Assembly (NCBI GenBank): GCA_009103225.1
Contig: RHPI01003587.1
Location: forward strand, 62,001 to 126,000
Reading direction: 5' to 3'
From: Chlorokybus atmophyticus
Taxonomy: Eukaryota; Plantae; Mesostigma and Chlorokybus algae
DNA length: 64,000 nt
Position numbers and translations under genes: made by a program. This document shows, one piece after another, positions 24,714 through 38,571 of the stretch (position 1 is its first letter; each line of letters starts with the position of its first letter). The notes below the pieces were generated by a model that saw only the letters and a list, made by a program, of their open reading frames with translations, did not search any database and was not told where the DNA came from.

Positions 24714-27049
24714 CAAACTGCATTTCTCGTTTTGGTAGTCGACATGGATTATGTAATGTGCATCACGTCAAATGCATAACACAATGGTTGAGTAGCTATG
24801 GCTTAGCTTTATGAGCCAGCGGTTACACATTGGTTTGTTGCATGCAATTCCTAACATGGAATGCAACAGTTGTCATTACCATATCATGCATCATTTTGTA
24901 TCTATCTATCACGTGATCACTATGCCTCACTTTTAAGGCTTGCATGTCTAAAGTAGTGCGAGGGCATGCATCGCGTCAAGTGCGAGTCAGCACATGCAAG
25001 TACTTAGTGCGGTTACTGCCACGCGCTGCACCGTGGGTGGGCATGTGTTGAGGACGCACTGCTTTTTTGCATTATGCACATGGCACGCAGCATGGGATGT
25101 CTTGGCTGCATGTCTGTGGTCATAATGTGGCATTTATATGCTGTTGGATTGAAGTGGTCACGTTTGCATACGATGGCATCACTGTGTTGAGTGTGCCCAT
25201 TGATGCCACGGTGGCTGCATTAGTGCACGTGCGGCCCGGTCAGCAGCGTCAGCGGCAGCGGTAGCGGCCAAGTCGGCATTGACTCGCAGCATGTGGCGGC
25301 GCGCCATATCGAATGCAGTAAAGCACCATACACCCTCGAGCCGCAGGTGTTGAACGCAGGCGTCTTCGTAGTGACACTGTCTTTAATTGGGTACATTCTA
25401 CAAAAATGGGCGCGACGTACTCGTATTGGATCTCCTTGTGTGTTCAAGGGTCTACCAACCGGTGCGGGTCTGTGCCCCACAAGCAATTGGCTGCACTTCA
25501 TACTTGGTGCAATGACCTATCCGCAGTCTCATATTGGTAGGTGCATCGCGCTACATGAACACGTTACAACATGCACCACCTCACGCACTGTCGTGCATAA
25601 CCTAATCACACATCACGCGCATGGTCGAAGTACATTAACATTTCAATAAGAAGTTATATGATGCATGCAAGCACATTGTCCATTCCCGCCACTACCTGTA
25701 TGATGCAGTACAACTTGATCGGTTGAATCCTGATGACTTGGAGGCAGACCTTTTGTACATGCCATGTCTGAAGCAGCTACGCACAAACACATAATTCTTT
25801 AGCATTCATGCTCCGGTGCACGCATCGTCGAGTCGGCAATGATTGCCAATGATTTAAACGTTGTCAATGGCTACCCGAAGTCTTGCTCTTTCTATGATGT
25901 GGTGTTGAAACAAAGCCATTAGATTGAAGTTGCACTTATGAGCCATTGTTTGCTGTGGTCAAATGGCGATGAAATGCCAGCTTTCTTAAAAGTGAGCATG
26001 ATAGGGGCCTTGATGTGATTGTGCATTGTTGCAAAGTGATCCATCCACCAGCTCGGCATGCAGCCTCTCAATGGAGTACGCAATGGAGGTTTCTGATAGC
26101 TGGTGGTCGTTGGCTCCCAACACGCTACCAGTTCAGAAGTGTCCAATGAAAGTCGGGTGGGGAGCTCGAGTGTAAAGTGCAGTGTATGACAAAGTGACGC
26201 TGCAAGTCAATTCGGGCTACTGACATTCTGTGCAAGGTAATCACTTCGATGGTCATTGGTAATGCACTCAGATACAAGGTTGCAATACCCGGTAGCATCG
26301 TTTTATGTCTTGTGCTAATGCAATGCGAACCCTGCGCAGAGTTGTGTGTGCACAGTTAGGCATAATGGCACTACCGCTGTAGGTGACTGATCGCCATGCA
26401 TTGCCAAGGATGGGTTCACTAACAAAAGTGACGAGAAAATAGCGTGTCCGTCTTGAACATGCATCAGGCGGTTGATATGTTGCGGCCATTGTATGGATTT
26501 TGCGTAGCTGTTCTGGAGTTAATGGTACTATTTGTGGGCCTGGCGTGCGTACTATTGGCAGCACCCATTGCATAGCGGGTCGTAGGAGGTGATTCGCTAT
26601 AGCTGCTGGTGGATTGCTAAGAAAAAGGACTATGGAGGACTATGGAGGCAAAGTCAACAAAGCTTGATAGATGACCTTGGCAAAAACGGCTTTTACCCAG
26701 CAATTGCTAGTATGGGAATACAGCATCAATGTATGTGATTGCTTGAGCCAGATTAACAAAGCACATGCGCATGAGTCCCCCGTTACTATGTTTATGACCA
26801 GTTGATGAGTTTTTGACTAATTGAAGTGGCGAGGACCTGGTAATGGTATGCGCACCATGCCACTTAAAGTTCCTGCCGTGATGTAATTATTGTTGTTGCA
26901 ATTAAAAGCTTATCGTCGCTGGTATCCTGGCGCAGTTGGCCGCCCACTGCTGGAGGCTCCACACATGGCACACGTGATGTCGTATGCTCGCTGTCGAGAA
27001 ACGCTGGCCTGTTTAATGTACAGCAGCACACTGAAGTTGTTAATGTTGC

Positions 27050-28560
27050 CCAATATACTTTTTGAAAGACGCTTGACAAGCGACGCGCGGGTTGAATAAA
27101 ATACCAAGGTGCTAAAGAATGTCTTGGACAGGTTACACAATTTTGATGGCAATGTTGACTTGGAGGAAGGGGAGGTGACGCAAGGTGCAGAATTTTTTGA
27201 ACTCCTCAGAGTATAGCCCGAGACTTCGGATCAGCGCAGCAAGTTAAGTCGCTTAGACGGTGTTATGCGCGTGCGTGTCGGTGGCGCATCGGTTGTGAAG
27301 GCTTTTATGGTCATGTTTTATGAGTTGGAGCCGAATTACAATTAGCACATCGAGGTGTAACTTAATTACGCTGGTAGGACTCACATGTTATTGAAAATTG
27401 CTAGTCGTGACTAAGTTGGGAGTTGTAAGGTGGTTATGGCAGGCAAAGTGGTTAAAACGATTGTAGAGCCATGGTAGGAGGGTATGTAAGTGTCCTTGAC
27501 TTGTGTTGTTGCTAGTTGAGCGCAAGTCCCTTGGTCTATTGGGAGCATACAGCTACTTGGAGAGGCTTCAAGACTTGGTTGGTCGTTGCCTTGATTGTGT
27601 GCTTACCTTTGGTGTGCACGTGCTTGGATACACTTGTGCGAAGTGTATGAGCGTGTGTCACACCTTAGGAACGGACTTAGCCTCATCTCCCCGTGCATCA
27701 CATGCTAATTGCAAGTATAGGAGCCCGTGCTTGAGTCTAGGTTGGCTATGGTAAAGCTGAAGGATGTTGGATGCCTTTTAGAGCGTTTGGAGTGCATGTT
27801 GGGGCAAATGCTAAAGCCCATGACAGCTGATGCAGCTACACAAGTCACTTTGGATGGCAGAGGCAGATGTGAAGAGTGAGGAGAAGTTTGGGGCAGTCGT
27901 TGATGAATAAAGTTGCTTCATGGAGTGCCGGACGGTGTGTAAGCGCTTGAGGGGGATGCGCCCATTGTGGAGGTAGCAAATGGCATGCACACCGAGATGA
28001 TGGAAGAGCCGGTGCAGCTGGACTTGTTGGCGGCGTTGTCGAGGTCGGCCGAGAGGCTTGATGTTGTTGCGACGGTGGCAATGATGGACAACAAGCATGG
28101 TTATGTGCAGCTGAATGGGTACACACCGGAAAGCGTGCTCGTGGATACATGTGCGCAACCGGTGATGCTTGGAGCGAGAGCGGCGGCGCGCATGGGATTG
28201 CAGCCGAAGGATTGGGCGCCATGTCCGTGGCATCTCAAGAAAGTTGGAGGAGGGGTTGAGGCCTTATTTGCAGTGACATTGGAGCCCGTTCAGATTCAGT
28301 TGTCTGCACATGGTGGAGCGCAAACCACTCTTGGTGTGCATTGCCTTATCACCGGGGGGGGGGAGCTGCGATGTATTACTAGGGCAGGAGTTCTTGTATC
28401 CAGTGGGAGAGTGGACAACTGGTTGGAGCAGGGGTTTTTTGGACCGGGATGGGAGCATGGTAATGGTGAGAAGGCGTTTTTCCCGTTGCGAGTGAGAGAG
28501 GTTGAGGAGGCTCGCGAGGGGGTGGACGGATGCGATGATACGTGTGGGTAAAGGCGAGTG
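27050..28560 (+). mobile_element. degenerate Gypsy gag-protease relic related to the 10.9-20.8 kb element
   Basis: ORF 27967-28551 VLVDTCAQPVMLG...VDNWLEQGFFGPGWEHGNG aligns with VVLDGGAQPCIIG...MDDWTEQAWFRPGWRKGDG; gag-like RLHNFDG near 27130. Confidence 0.7.
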
Positions 28561-29002
28561 AGGGGGTCAGCTGGCATTCTCGGAATATGAACACCAGCTG
28601 AAGGGGGTGTGATGCGCGCTTGTTGTGAGTGTCGTATCATGTGTGTGAGTATGTACACTAGTGGGGCATCTTGAGGAGGATTCCAAGCTAGCATACATGC
28701 ATGGAGGAACCTATAACATGTGAAGNGACCGGGATGGGAGCATGGTGATGGTGAGAAGGCGTTTTTCCCGTTGCGAGTGAGAGAGGTTGAGGAGGCTCGC
28801 GAGGGGGTGGACGGATGCGATGATACGTGTGGGTAAAGGCGAGGGAGGGGGTCATTTGGCATTCTCGGGACATGAACACCAGCTGAAGGGGGTGTGATGC
28901 GTGCTTGTTGTGAGTGTGTCGTATCATGTGTGTGAGTGTGTACACTCGTGGGGCAGCTTGAGGAGGAAGCTACATGCATGGAGGAAGCTACAATATGTGA
29001 AG
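28442..29002 (+). repeat. diverged ~280-bp tandem duplication joined at a single N
   Basis: GACCGGGATGGGAGCATGG...ATGTGAAG occurs at 28442 and 28727. Confidence 0.8.
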
Positions 29003-29559
29003 ATGAAGAAGGTGCAGCATTATGAGGCTATGATGAGCTGATGGACGACGTCATCAAGCAACGATGGGATATGGCACGACAATGGGTTGTCATAGTGCAT
29101 GCAGCTCAAGAGGCATAACGGTTGTAATTTGCAGGCTTATGCATCCAGTAGCACCCGTGCTACTGGATGCATGAGCCTGCACGTTACATCTAGTAGCACG
29201 GGTGCTATTGGATATTTGAACCTGCATGTTACAACCCTTGTTTGCAACCATGCACAGCGTACACAAACCCTAGCCACCTATGTGCCATGCAGGACTTTAA
29301 ACTCAAACCTGAGCTTTCTCGCTGAGTATAAATTCAATACAGCAGCTATATATACCCTAGCAGTAAGCTCGATATCTGCTATACAAGGTATGCATACAAA
29401 TGATATTCAACATATATCAAACCATCGTCTATCTAAGTATCACATGAACGGAGCTTTACCAGGCAGTTTTCTTACTTACTGAATGAACCCCAGGCGGGGC
29501 TAATTCAAAATGTTTAAGAGTAGGCAGGGTATATACTACCACTCCGACGCAGGCAGTCA

Positions 29560-31200
29560 TAACATACCAAGTCCAGAGCACCATGTTTTGAACTATGGTT
29601 AAGGAAGGACCTTGATGAAGACGTTTGCCACAAGTCTTGCAGTAGTCAAAGTGCACTTTCTACCTTGCAGCTCTCTCGCACACAACGTAATGCACCACAT
29701 TAATGTGCTTAGCCCGAGCTGAAGCAAGTAAGCAACCTGATGCTTCGTTAATTTAATGGCGCTCAACATTGTCAAAGTACAATCTTACACAGCTTGGCTC
29801 AAAGCCCAGGCCAGCCATTGAAACCGTCAGCTACATCACTTCCTTTACAGCATGGGTCATAGCGATGTACTCAGCCTCAGCCGTTGAGACTGCATTAGCA
29901 GCCTGAAGCTTAAAATTCCAGCTCACCACACATCCATTCAGCATAAAGGCAAACTCAGATGCGGATTTGCGCTTATCCACATTTTCAGCAAATTCAGCAT
30001 TTCAAAAGCTCCGATACCCAAACATAACGATGCTCGTGCTAATTGAACACCCTGCTCTCAAGCTCAGTCTTTTCTCCGGCCAAAAAGACCCCAATTGATG
30101 TAGTTTCTCCATTGTATTTTAGGATTCCAACTCCAGCTTTTCAGTGCATGTCCATGGTAGAACAAGACATAGACCTTGCTAGTACGCCCATTGCATAGGA
30201 TATGTCTGGCCTTATTGCCACAAATCAATACAGCAGTTTTCCAACCAGGCGATTGTAAGGGTATTAGACTTTATCCAAGATCCTCAAGTCCAGGAGATGC
30301 CTATTGCAGCCAAGTGCATATGTACAGCCATGGGCACGATTTTAAGCTTAGCCCGAGCTTGCCCAAACTTCTCGTTTATTGGCACAATCCCGTTCAATGA
30401 CAATCCCCAAGAACAGCTTAGCTTTTCCCTCCCTCGGTAAACACCATCGCTGCTGACTACCACTTTATTGTCCACAAGAATGCGCCAAGCCTCGGAGTTC
30501 GCCTCATACCGAATTAAAACTCCCGTATGGCTCGCAGTATCCATCTTCTTTCTTTAAGCCTTGGGCACATGGACATAGTGAATACTTCCAACCTCCCTTG
30601 AGTTCGAAACATCAGGCTAATATCCAAAAAAACAGCTCCCACGATGTTTTAGGATCAGTTGCCTCCACAGGGAATTCGTTTTTAATATCATTTGCAGTTC
30701 AAACAGCATCACACCTTCCCTAGCTTGGCATCTTTAGGCATAGAGCGCGCCTTCTTGACAAGGGTCATGTTTAAACGTTCAGTCGCACCATTTCAATCCG
30801 GCATATGTGGTGCTGTGGTCTCATGCTTAACTCCTTTTTCAGCAAACCAGCCTTTCAAGTGTTGTTTTTTGTACTCACCTCCCCTGTCAAATCCTACTGC
30901 AGTAACTTGTAGTCCAAACTTGTATTCCAAGAAGGTTAATCTTTTGCAATCATAGCAACATCTGACTTCAAGACCAGCGGTACCAGCACACTCATCTTGC
31001 TGAAATCTTCCAAGAAGGTACACACATTTAACAACCTTCCTTTGTAAGCACAGAGACAGGTTTACAGACATCTATATGAACTAACTTCAAATGGCTCTTG
31101 CTCACACGTGAAGACTCAGGTTATGGTGTTTCAGTTTGCTTGGCTAGAATACAAGGCTCACAACATGATCTTCAGTGCTGCAAACGTCTCAATTGACGCC
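29560..31200 (-). mobile_element. Ty1/Copia pol relic (integrase fragment, RNase H)
   Basis: Minus-strand KHETTAPH..NGATERLN (~30780-30830); VVSW..KLQ..NAVSTAEAEYIA and RAKHINVVH (~29700-29930). Confidence 0.8.
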
Positions 31201-31224
31201 TTCACACCTTTAACCATTCCCTCC

Positions 31225-31541
31225 TATGAAGAACTAGTGTGCATGTATGCGCCCTACCTCATACATGCGCTCACACTAGGGGAAGAACAAGCGCAAGCAT
31301 GTCAACGACTAAGAGGCGTATGCTCGTATTGCAGTTCCATCTGTATGCGCCACATACAGTGAGTTATATACCAAGCTAGTCAACATAAGAAAAGACTAGT
31401 CAACCCTAGTAAAAATAAACTCTAGTCAACACTAGTCAATGGTCAAAGTCAAGGTTGACCGTAACTCTTGTAACTCACGTAACTCCTGTTGACTGTAACT
31501 CCCATTGCGTAACCGCCGCACATGTCCAAGTAACGTCAACA
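31225..31541 (-). mobile_element. Copia-type LTR (family C)
   Basis: Reverse complement matches 47543-47872 (AGCTTGTTGAYGTTACTT..GCGGTTACGC.ATGGGAGTTAC; GCGCCCTACC..ACATGCGCTC). Boundaries approximate. Confidence 0.7.
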
Positions 31542-33339
31542 AGCTGATTGTATTATAAGTATTAGTATTAGTAGGGATGCAAACATTCAGGTGCGAATTA
31601 ACTGTGCCACAAAGTAGCACTCTCCATCGGTAGCAGCTAGCAATGCAAAGCGTGATTAACACGCAACTGGCGGCAGTATTTAGCTAGCGTATTTTGCGTC
31701 GCGCCTTGGGGGGGAGTGCGGGGATGGGGCCAATCCAAGCCCTAACTCCCGTGTGCTCTCCCTTATCATTTCTCTTGCTTGTGTCCCTTCTCTGCGCCCC
31801 GTCTGGCTCTGCTGGACACCGGTCACAGTGGGTCGACGCCCTCTGCCCCCCCCCCCCCCTTTCCTTCCTCTTCCTCTCATAGCCTGCCTCTCCCCTCATG
31901 ACCCTGATTCACTTCCCCTTGCCCAAGTTTAACCTCCCAGCCCCTTCCCTTCCCACCTCATCCCAACCCCATGGACAATCGCGCCCTCCCCCCCTCCCCG
32001 CTGCAGCGACCTGAACGACAGCCGTGTCTTGACTCCACATTATGCAATCTAGCACCCCCTTTCCCTTTGGATCTGCGAGCTCCTCTCCTCCTACCCCTTT
32101 CCCCTCCACATATGAGATGCGTTCAGTTATTGCAGCATCTCTTAACTCTATAGCCGTAGCTAAATCAGCTGCAGATGCTAGTGCTGCTGCCACCTCACTG
32201 TCGCCTGCTTATGTAAATCTATGGCGCACGCATATGCGGGCCTTATGCTTGGTCTTTATCTTTCTTTTTACTCCGTTTTGAGCCTCTGCTACTACTGCTA
32301 CCACAGCTTTGCTACACGCTTCTTGCACGGATGGTGTGTTGATAAATCAATGATATTGTTCATACATGATGGCTTCTACGGCGAGTATCATTGCGTCCTC
32401 CATGCTCCTCCTGCTTGTACGGAGGTGCTTTTTGGAGCTGCCACTTGTCTGCTCCCCTTATTCATGGTCAGCTTCCTGTGATAAAAGGGGGGGGGGGGGG
32501 GGGNCCTCCATTCTACTTTCGTAGCTGGGTCTCCTTTCTAGGAGTCACAGCGCTGATTGAGCCTTTTCTCCAGGCTGCTCTCCGCAGCTATGGGGACATG
32601 GGTGCCTTACTCGTTGTGTCGTCTCGTGTTGTTCCCTTCTCCACTCTAAATGTCGCTGTAAGTTTCTTCCGCTCCTTGGTAAAACCTTGCCAAAGAAAAA
32701 AATAAAAGCTTCACTTTACATATGTGAATGGCGGGCTCCCCTCCAAAACGATATTCACGGTGCTCACCCCGCGGTCTCCTTTGTTATGCTTTGGGTGCAT
32801 GCAGGAGGGTCATGCCATGCGAAGGATGCATGCCCTCGGTCTTGCAGACCTCTTGCCCCTCCCAAGCATGCTCGGCATAAACCCTTCATTTGGAAGGTTC
32901 ATCCCTCCTCCTGCCGATGACGATGTTGCTGCCTCTCCTGCACCTCACTGTACGGAGGAGGGTGCTATGATGCAACCGCCGGCAGATGGAGACTCATCTT
33001 TCCCCACACTTGCTTAACCCCACGCCGAGGTGCACGGGGACAATACAGCACCCCACAAGAGCTAAACGCAAAACCATAGCTGGGGCGAAGGCTGCAGCAA
33101 TTCGCCCCCAGTCTGTTGCCCAGCCCAAGTGCTGGCCCCTTGAGCAAGTGGGTGCATGCCCGTTGCCAATCTCCGCCTCAACCACCCCCACCCAACAAAA
33201 GCCTCCTACTCCTGCAAAAGCAGCCGTGCCCGCACTGTCTGCACCCCCCTCCACCCCTCTGACTGTTTATCAAAGCGATGCCAACGTTGCCGCCAGCTGG
33301 GAGGATATGGTGAGCGAGGGGCCAAAAGCTTGCAGCTCT

Positions 33340-33389
33340 GGCCCCTCTGGCTCTGCTGATCTGATCTGATCAGCAGAGCCAGAGGGGCC
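33340..33389. repeat. perfect 22-bp inverted repeat, 6-nt loop
   Basis: GGCCCCTCTGGCTCTGCTGATC-tgatct-GATCAGCAGAGCCAGAGGGGCC. Confidence 0.95.
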
Positions 33390-33979
33390 TGAGCAACCCC
33401 CTTCAGACGTTGCTCCCCCGACAGCTGACGAAGAGGCGTCTTAGCCCCTTGTTACTTGGCGCCGTGAGCTTGGCCTAGAGCCGGAGCTTAAGACCCACTG
33501 CCTGCTTCTTGTTCCCGTCATCACAAGGGGGCATCTTTTTCTCGAATCTGCATGTATCTTGCAGACGGACCCAGGTCAAACCACGAGCTTGAAGTTTGTC
33601 CGCGCCTCCCCCTCATGCTTGGCGGACAACTCACTGCGGATGTGGCGCAGCCGAGTTCCAAACTCCCTTTGCAAGGTCTTCTTCACGTCGTTGCAAGGGA
33701 GATATGAACTTTAGCTTGACTACTCGGGGGCCAATGCGTCCCTGCTGTACACGGAGGTTTTGAGATTAACACGGCCTACGCTATTATTCTCGTGCTAGCC
33801 GCAGATGGGGCGATGACTACCCCACTCCCCTCACAGCGCTGGTGCACGCTCCGTGTGTGGGGCGCCCACATCGCCTCCCGCACGCCAGAACACGCGCAAT
33901 TGCTTGGCAAAGCTTTTTTATATGCTGTTACACACTGGCAGCAGTGAGGTTCCCCTACTCGGGAAGACATGGACGATCA

Positions 33980-34160
<181 letters not shown>

Positions 34161-35228
34161 NCTGCGCACTCTGCAGCTGCGTCAGTGGATGCTCAAGAGA
34201 CGGCCTGCAATGATGCCCAGCATATGTCTCCTTAGCCCGTGGCAAGCCATCAGAGTTGCCCCCGCGCAACTAATGCTCTCTCTGTTCGCATATGTTGCGC
34301 ACTCAGTAGGGGCTTCGGGTGTGTTGTTGGCGCTTCCTCTGGCACGGTGTTTTGGCTTCCCCGTGCATCCCCTTCTCACATATTCACTCTATTCATCCCT
34401 CAATAGAGATGTGGCCGCTCCCGTGCTCTTCTTTTGCATGAGACCAAGATTTTCGACTGTAGCCAGGCTTCCTGGCTTTAGCGTTTTTTCGAGATTGGTC
34501 GCTCGGTGTGGGCCCCGTCTCAGGGGAGCAGCGGGGGTGTTGCCATCCTCTACCCTCATGCGTGGTCCGTTATGGTGGTTGATGAGGATGTGTGTGTCCC
34601 AGCCCGTTGCTGCTAGCTCCATCTCCGATGGGCGGCATGCTCCTCATTGTGACGTGTATGCGCCTAACTTTGCGGAGGAGTGCCAGGCTTTTCTCTGCTC
34701 TCTCTTTACCTCCCTCCCCGAACTGGGCAATGTTCGGTGGGGACTGGAACTTAATTGAACACCTAGAGTTTAACCATATCAACTCCAGGCTCTCTTCATT
34801 ACTGCTGAAGATGTCGTCCCTCGCGCAGTTGCTGCAGCAATACGACCTGGAGAATGTCTACCGTGTTAGCTTCCCGCACAACACTTCTTTCACACGGGTA
34901 CGCTTCGTTCACGGTGGTGTCGTTCTCATGGCCCGCCTTGACCGCTTTTACTCTTCCACATGTCTCCGTCCACTTGTTGGCACACATCTCATACGCGCCG
35001 ATGAAACGCTGTTTGACCACAAGCCCGTGCTGCTTGAGCTATGCCCCAACTCCAGCTCCTCTCGGGGTTCAAGTTGCTGGAAGCTAAACAAGGCCCTCCT
35101 AAAGGACCATTTATTTTTTTCAGATTTCCACTCTCTATGGCTTTCCCACCAGCATCTTCGCCTTTCAAAGGCTGTCAGGCTTAGCTGGTTTAAAACAGGC
35201 TTCGAAGACGTCTGTTCCCTTGCCTGGC

Positions 35229-35613
35229 TGTTGAATGTTATCACTTGTTGAAAGTACATGTATAGGCGGCGCCTACATGTAGTTGGTATGATCAGCTTAG
35301 CCTTTACAGTTACAGGAGTTACGAGAGTTACAAGAGTTACGGGAGTTACAGCGGTTATGGTCAACCATGGTCAACTTTAACTTTAACCATTGACTTTGAC
35401 CACTGACTAGTGTTGACTAGTGTTGACTTTAACCAGAGTTGTCTAGAGTTGACTAGTACTTAGTAGCATAGTTTATAAGATACTTTTATTGCTTGATACA
35501 GCGGGTCGCACATTGTCTCTATAGTTGCGTGCTTGCTGCACTTGTCCTTAGTGTGTGCACACTTGTATGTAGGAGGCAAATACACACACACTAGGTGCAT
35601 CACTAGTTCAACA
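35229..35613 (+). mobile_element. solo LTR (family A) inserted in the LINE
   Basis: TGTTG...TTCAACA, homologous to the LTRs at 40810, 42729, 51952 and 53885; flanks CTGGC/CCGGC. Confidence 0.9.
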
Positions 35614-37079
35614 CCGGCGCTATGAAGGTTCACAGGCTCGCCACCGCCGAGCTAAGGTCAGCAAGTTTCCCTCCCTACGAGCTTTACTTGTAGGGCATGA
35701 GCGTAACCTTGCTGCAGCCCCTCCCCCGCAACGCCTGCTTGTTAAAAGGCAATCTCTCCTCGCCCAAATCTCTAAGCTGTAGGCAATGGCGCTTGAGCTC
35801 TAACACACGTTTCGCCAGCCAGCACCCTTTTCTTGGGGAGCGCATGAACAAAGATTGCTTTTCAAATGCAAGGCGGACGGACTTTCCGCATCACTATTCT
35901 CGCTCTTTTTCCACAGTCCCCCCCCCCCCCCCCCCCCNACAAGAGGAGATCTGCGGTGCTGTCAGAGATTACTACCGCCGACCAACTGTTCACAGCATCC
36001 CACCCTGACCCTGTGCTACAGCAACGCGCCCAGGCTGCATGTGTTCGGTGTGTTCCAGAAACGGTGCAGTCATCCGGTGTATGTCGTCTGTCTTTACACT
36101 TACCCTGGAGGAGCTCCATGATGCACTTGTAGAGGTGGAGCCTGGGCAATGTTCGGGAAGTGACGGGTTCACTGCTGTCTTTAGTCAGACCTCGTGATCC
36201 CTCTTCGAGCAGGACTATCATGAATACTGTCTTTGTGTTTCAGCTGGAGGTGTGATAGGCACATTGCAGCGTGCTGGGGTGATCACACTTATTCACAAGC
36301 ATGGTGTCACCTCCGACCTCAAGAACTTGCGTCCAATCACTCTTTTGCCCTTGCACTACATGCGGGCTCTTAGTCTTCGCTGAACTCTCGTCCTTCCAAA
36401 CACTATGTTGCGGGATTAGACTTGGTACGTTGCAGATTTTACACGATGACTAAGTAAGGACTGAGGGACTGATGGGTGCCTGAGCCTGCCTGCCGCTGCC
36501 TAAAATGTTACACTTGAATTGTTGGGTTTACCGTTTGCTTATGCGGACTGACACGGACGGCCGCGGGCCGAACCCGTGTATGTAAAGCCCACAATATATA
36601 CATTATACCGGCAGTCGTGAGAGTATGTCCACTTGCAAATGTGCAGCCGACTTGCGCATGAAGCTACCTACAACATTGAGTCTAGCTGTCGCACTCGTGC
36701 GCAGCTTGTCAACCCGTGGTGTCTGCCTCAAAACTCCTCCTCAACCCCCTCCTCTTGCTCCTCCTCCGACAATTCTCCTGCTTCTTTCCTACCTGCTTCG
36801 TCCTCTCCTTTTTTGGCTACTCTCCCCTTGCCTAGTTGGTGTATGCCCGTTTGCCTTGATTTTGGTTGGCTGGTTAGTATCCTAGCGTTAGTCGACTTCA
36901 CTTTATTATTGATCCCCCCCACCACAAAAGAAATAAAGCAACGCAGAGTTTGATGTGATCCAGGACTCAAGTCTATCATGTACAATTCTCTCACATTCCT
37001 CGCAAACACGTGTGTTTTACCACCACGCATGACAAATCCATATTCTTTTATAATATGGTGTTGGCCCTAGCCCGCAGCA

Positions 37080-37850
37080 GCACAAATATTGAAAATACTT
37101 GCATCTACCTTAAAAACATATAAAACTTGCTGAAATGTCACATGCTTGGTGTTGCCATCCACCACGCAGCTTAAATTAACCATGCCAATTTCGATTGCAT
37201 GTGATATCAGACCTCTTTAAAACCATACATAACGACAGGTTTTACCAGAGATTTATTGTCTTCTGGATAGTCTTTGCATGAAGGCATGTGCTAAGTACAC
37301 CCATCATCAAGTAACCAGCCATGTTTACAAGCTTGAGACTCAGCCAGTGCAGTGAATACTACCTTCTCATCTGCAGACTCCTTGCCTCTCTGATCTTTGG
37401 TCTTCTCTAAACAGATCCTCAAGAGGTGGCCCCTCTTATGGCAATGACACTCCACCGTCTTCAGCCAACCTTCTCTTCTTGCGCCTTCGCCTCTTCCTTT
37501 CCCACGACTTTGGAAAGATGAGAAAGACTTCATATTTGCATTAAATGCAATAGTTTCTCCACTCTTTTGCATCTACACTCGGCAGCTTGGGGAAAACCTC
37601 TGCCAGGCTCGGATTTATATAAAACTAATGCCTGGGATTTGAACTTCAACGTTAAACCTCACAGGCAACCTAGACATGATGTTCCAGACCACTTCAGTCT
37701 CCTTGATGTTGTGGCTAAAAGCAATTAGATTTGTCGAGAGGTCTCTACTCCTTGCAACAAATGTGGTGACATGCTCGCCAGTCTTCATCTTCGATGACGA
37801 CATTAGTCTCGTAGGTTGCAGCTTTCGCGCATTATTGTTTGACCTAAGTT
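37080..37850 (-). mobile_element. Copia gag-protease relic
   Basis: Minus ORFs: KMKTGEHVTTFVARSRDL (gag), CHKRGHLLRIC knuckle, GWLLDDGCT (protease WxLDSG-like). Confidence 0.7.
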
Positions 37851-38513
37851 AGCAAAAGTGGTCATATTGTGATTGTTCATGTAATTTGCCATTATAGGGC
37901 TTTGGTACAGCACAATCAGCTGCATTACAAACAATTCAATAGGTTGCAAGTGCTATGGAGATGTCGCACAAATTTGACCAAAGGCATTCAGCTCCGTACA
38001 GTTGTTCTGAAGTTTAGCATCCGCCACATAGCTGCAGTTATGGCAGTGGTGCGTTGTGAGCAGCACGGTCGGATGTGCACTATATGTGCGCTCGACAAAC
38101 CTCAATTGCATGACCACATCAAGTGTGCACTGCATGCGCGCTCGACAAACTTCAATTGCATGACCACAGCAAGTGTCATATGAGAGCAGTGCGGCGTGAA
38201 GAGCAAGAGTGTAGTCGGCTCGGCAAATACCAGCACCAGTGTGTTGCCCATCGCCTAGCCACCAATACAACATTATACATAGTTCACTGCCTGATGCAAC
38301 GTAGTACACATGCGGGCTATAGGATTGAACAATGCAATAAGCACATTAAACCGACCTATGCCAGCAGTCAGTCTTCTACTGTAATGCGGCACTGGTGTTG
38401 TACTTGCCAAAGGACAGCGTCATGCTAATGTTGGACTCTTCGGCAGTTTTGCTGAAGCATGGGTGCCAGATCTTACCACACCCAGAGACTTCAAGGGGGG
38501 GGGGGGGGGGGGN

Positions 38514-38571
<58 letters not shown>

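Noticed and set aside
28442-29002. Tandem duplication as a biological signal
   Set aside because: The junction is a single N; it may be two haplotypes or paralogs joined by scaffolding.
36551-36579. GC-rich hairpin ACACGG-a-CGGCC-gcg-GGCCG-aac-CCGTGT as a Helitron 3' end
   Set aside because: No CTRR terminus follows and no Helitron sequence is evident.
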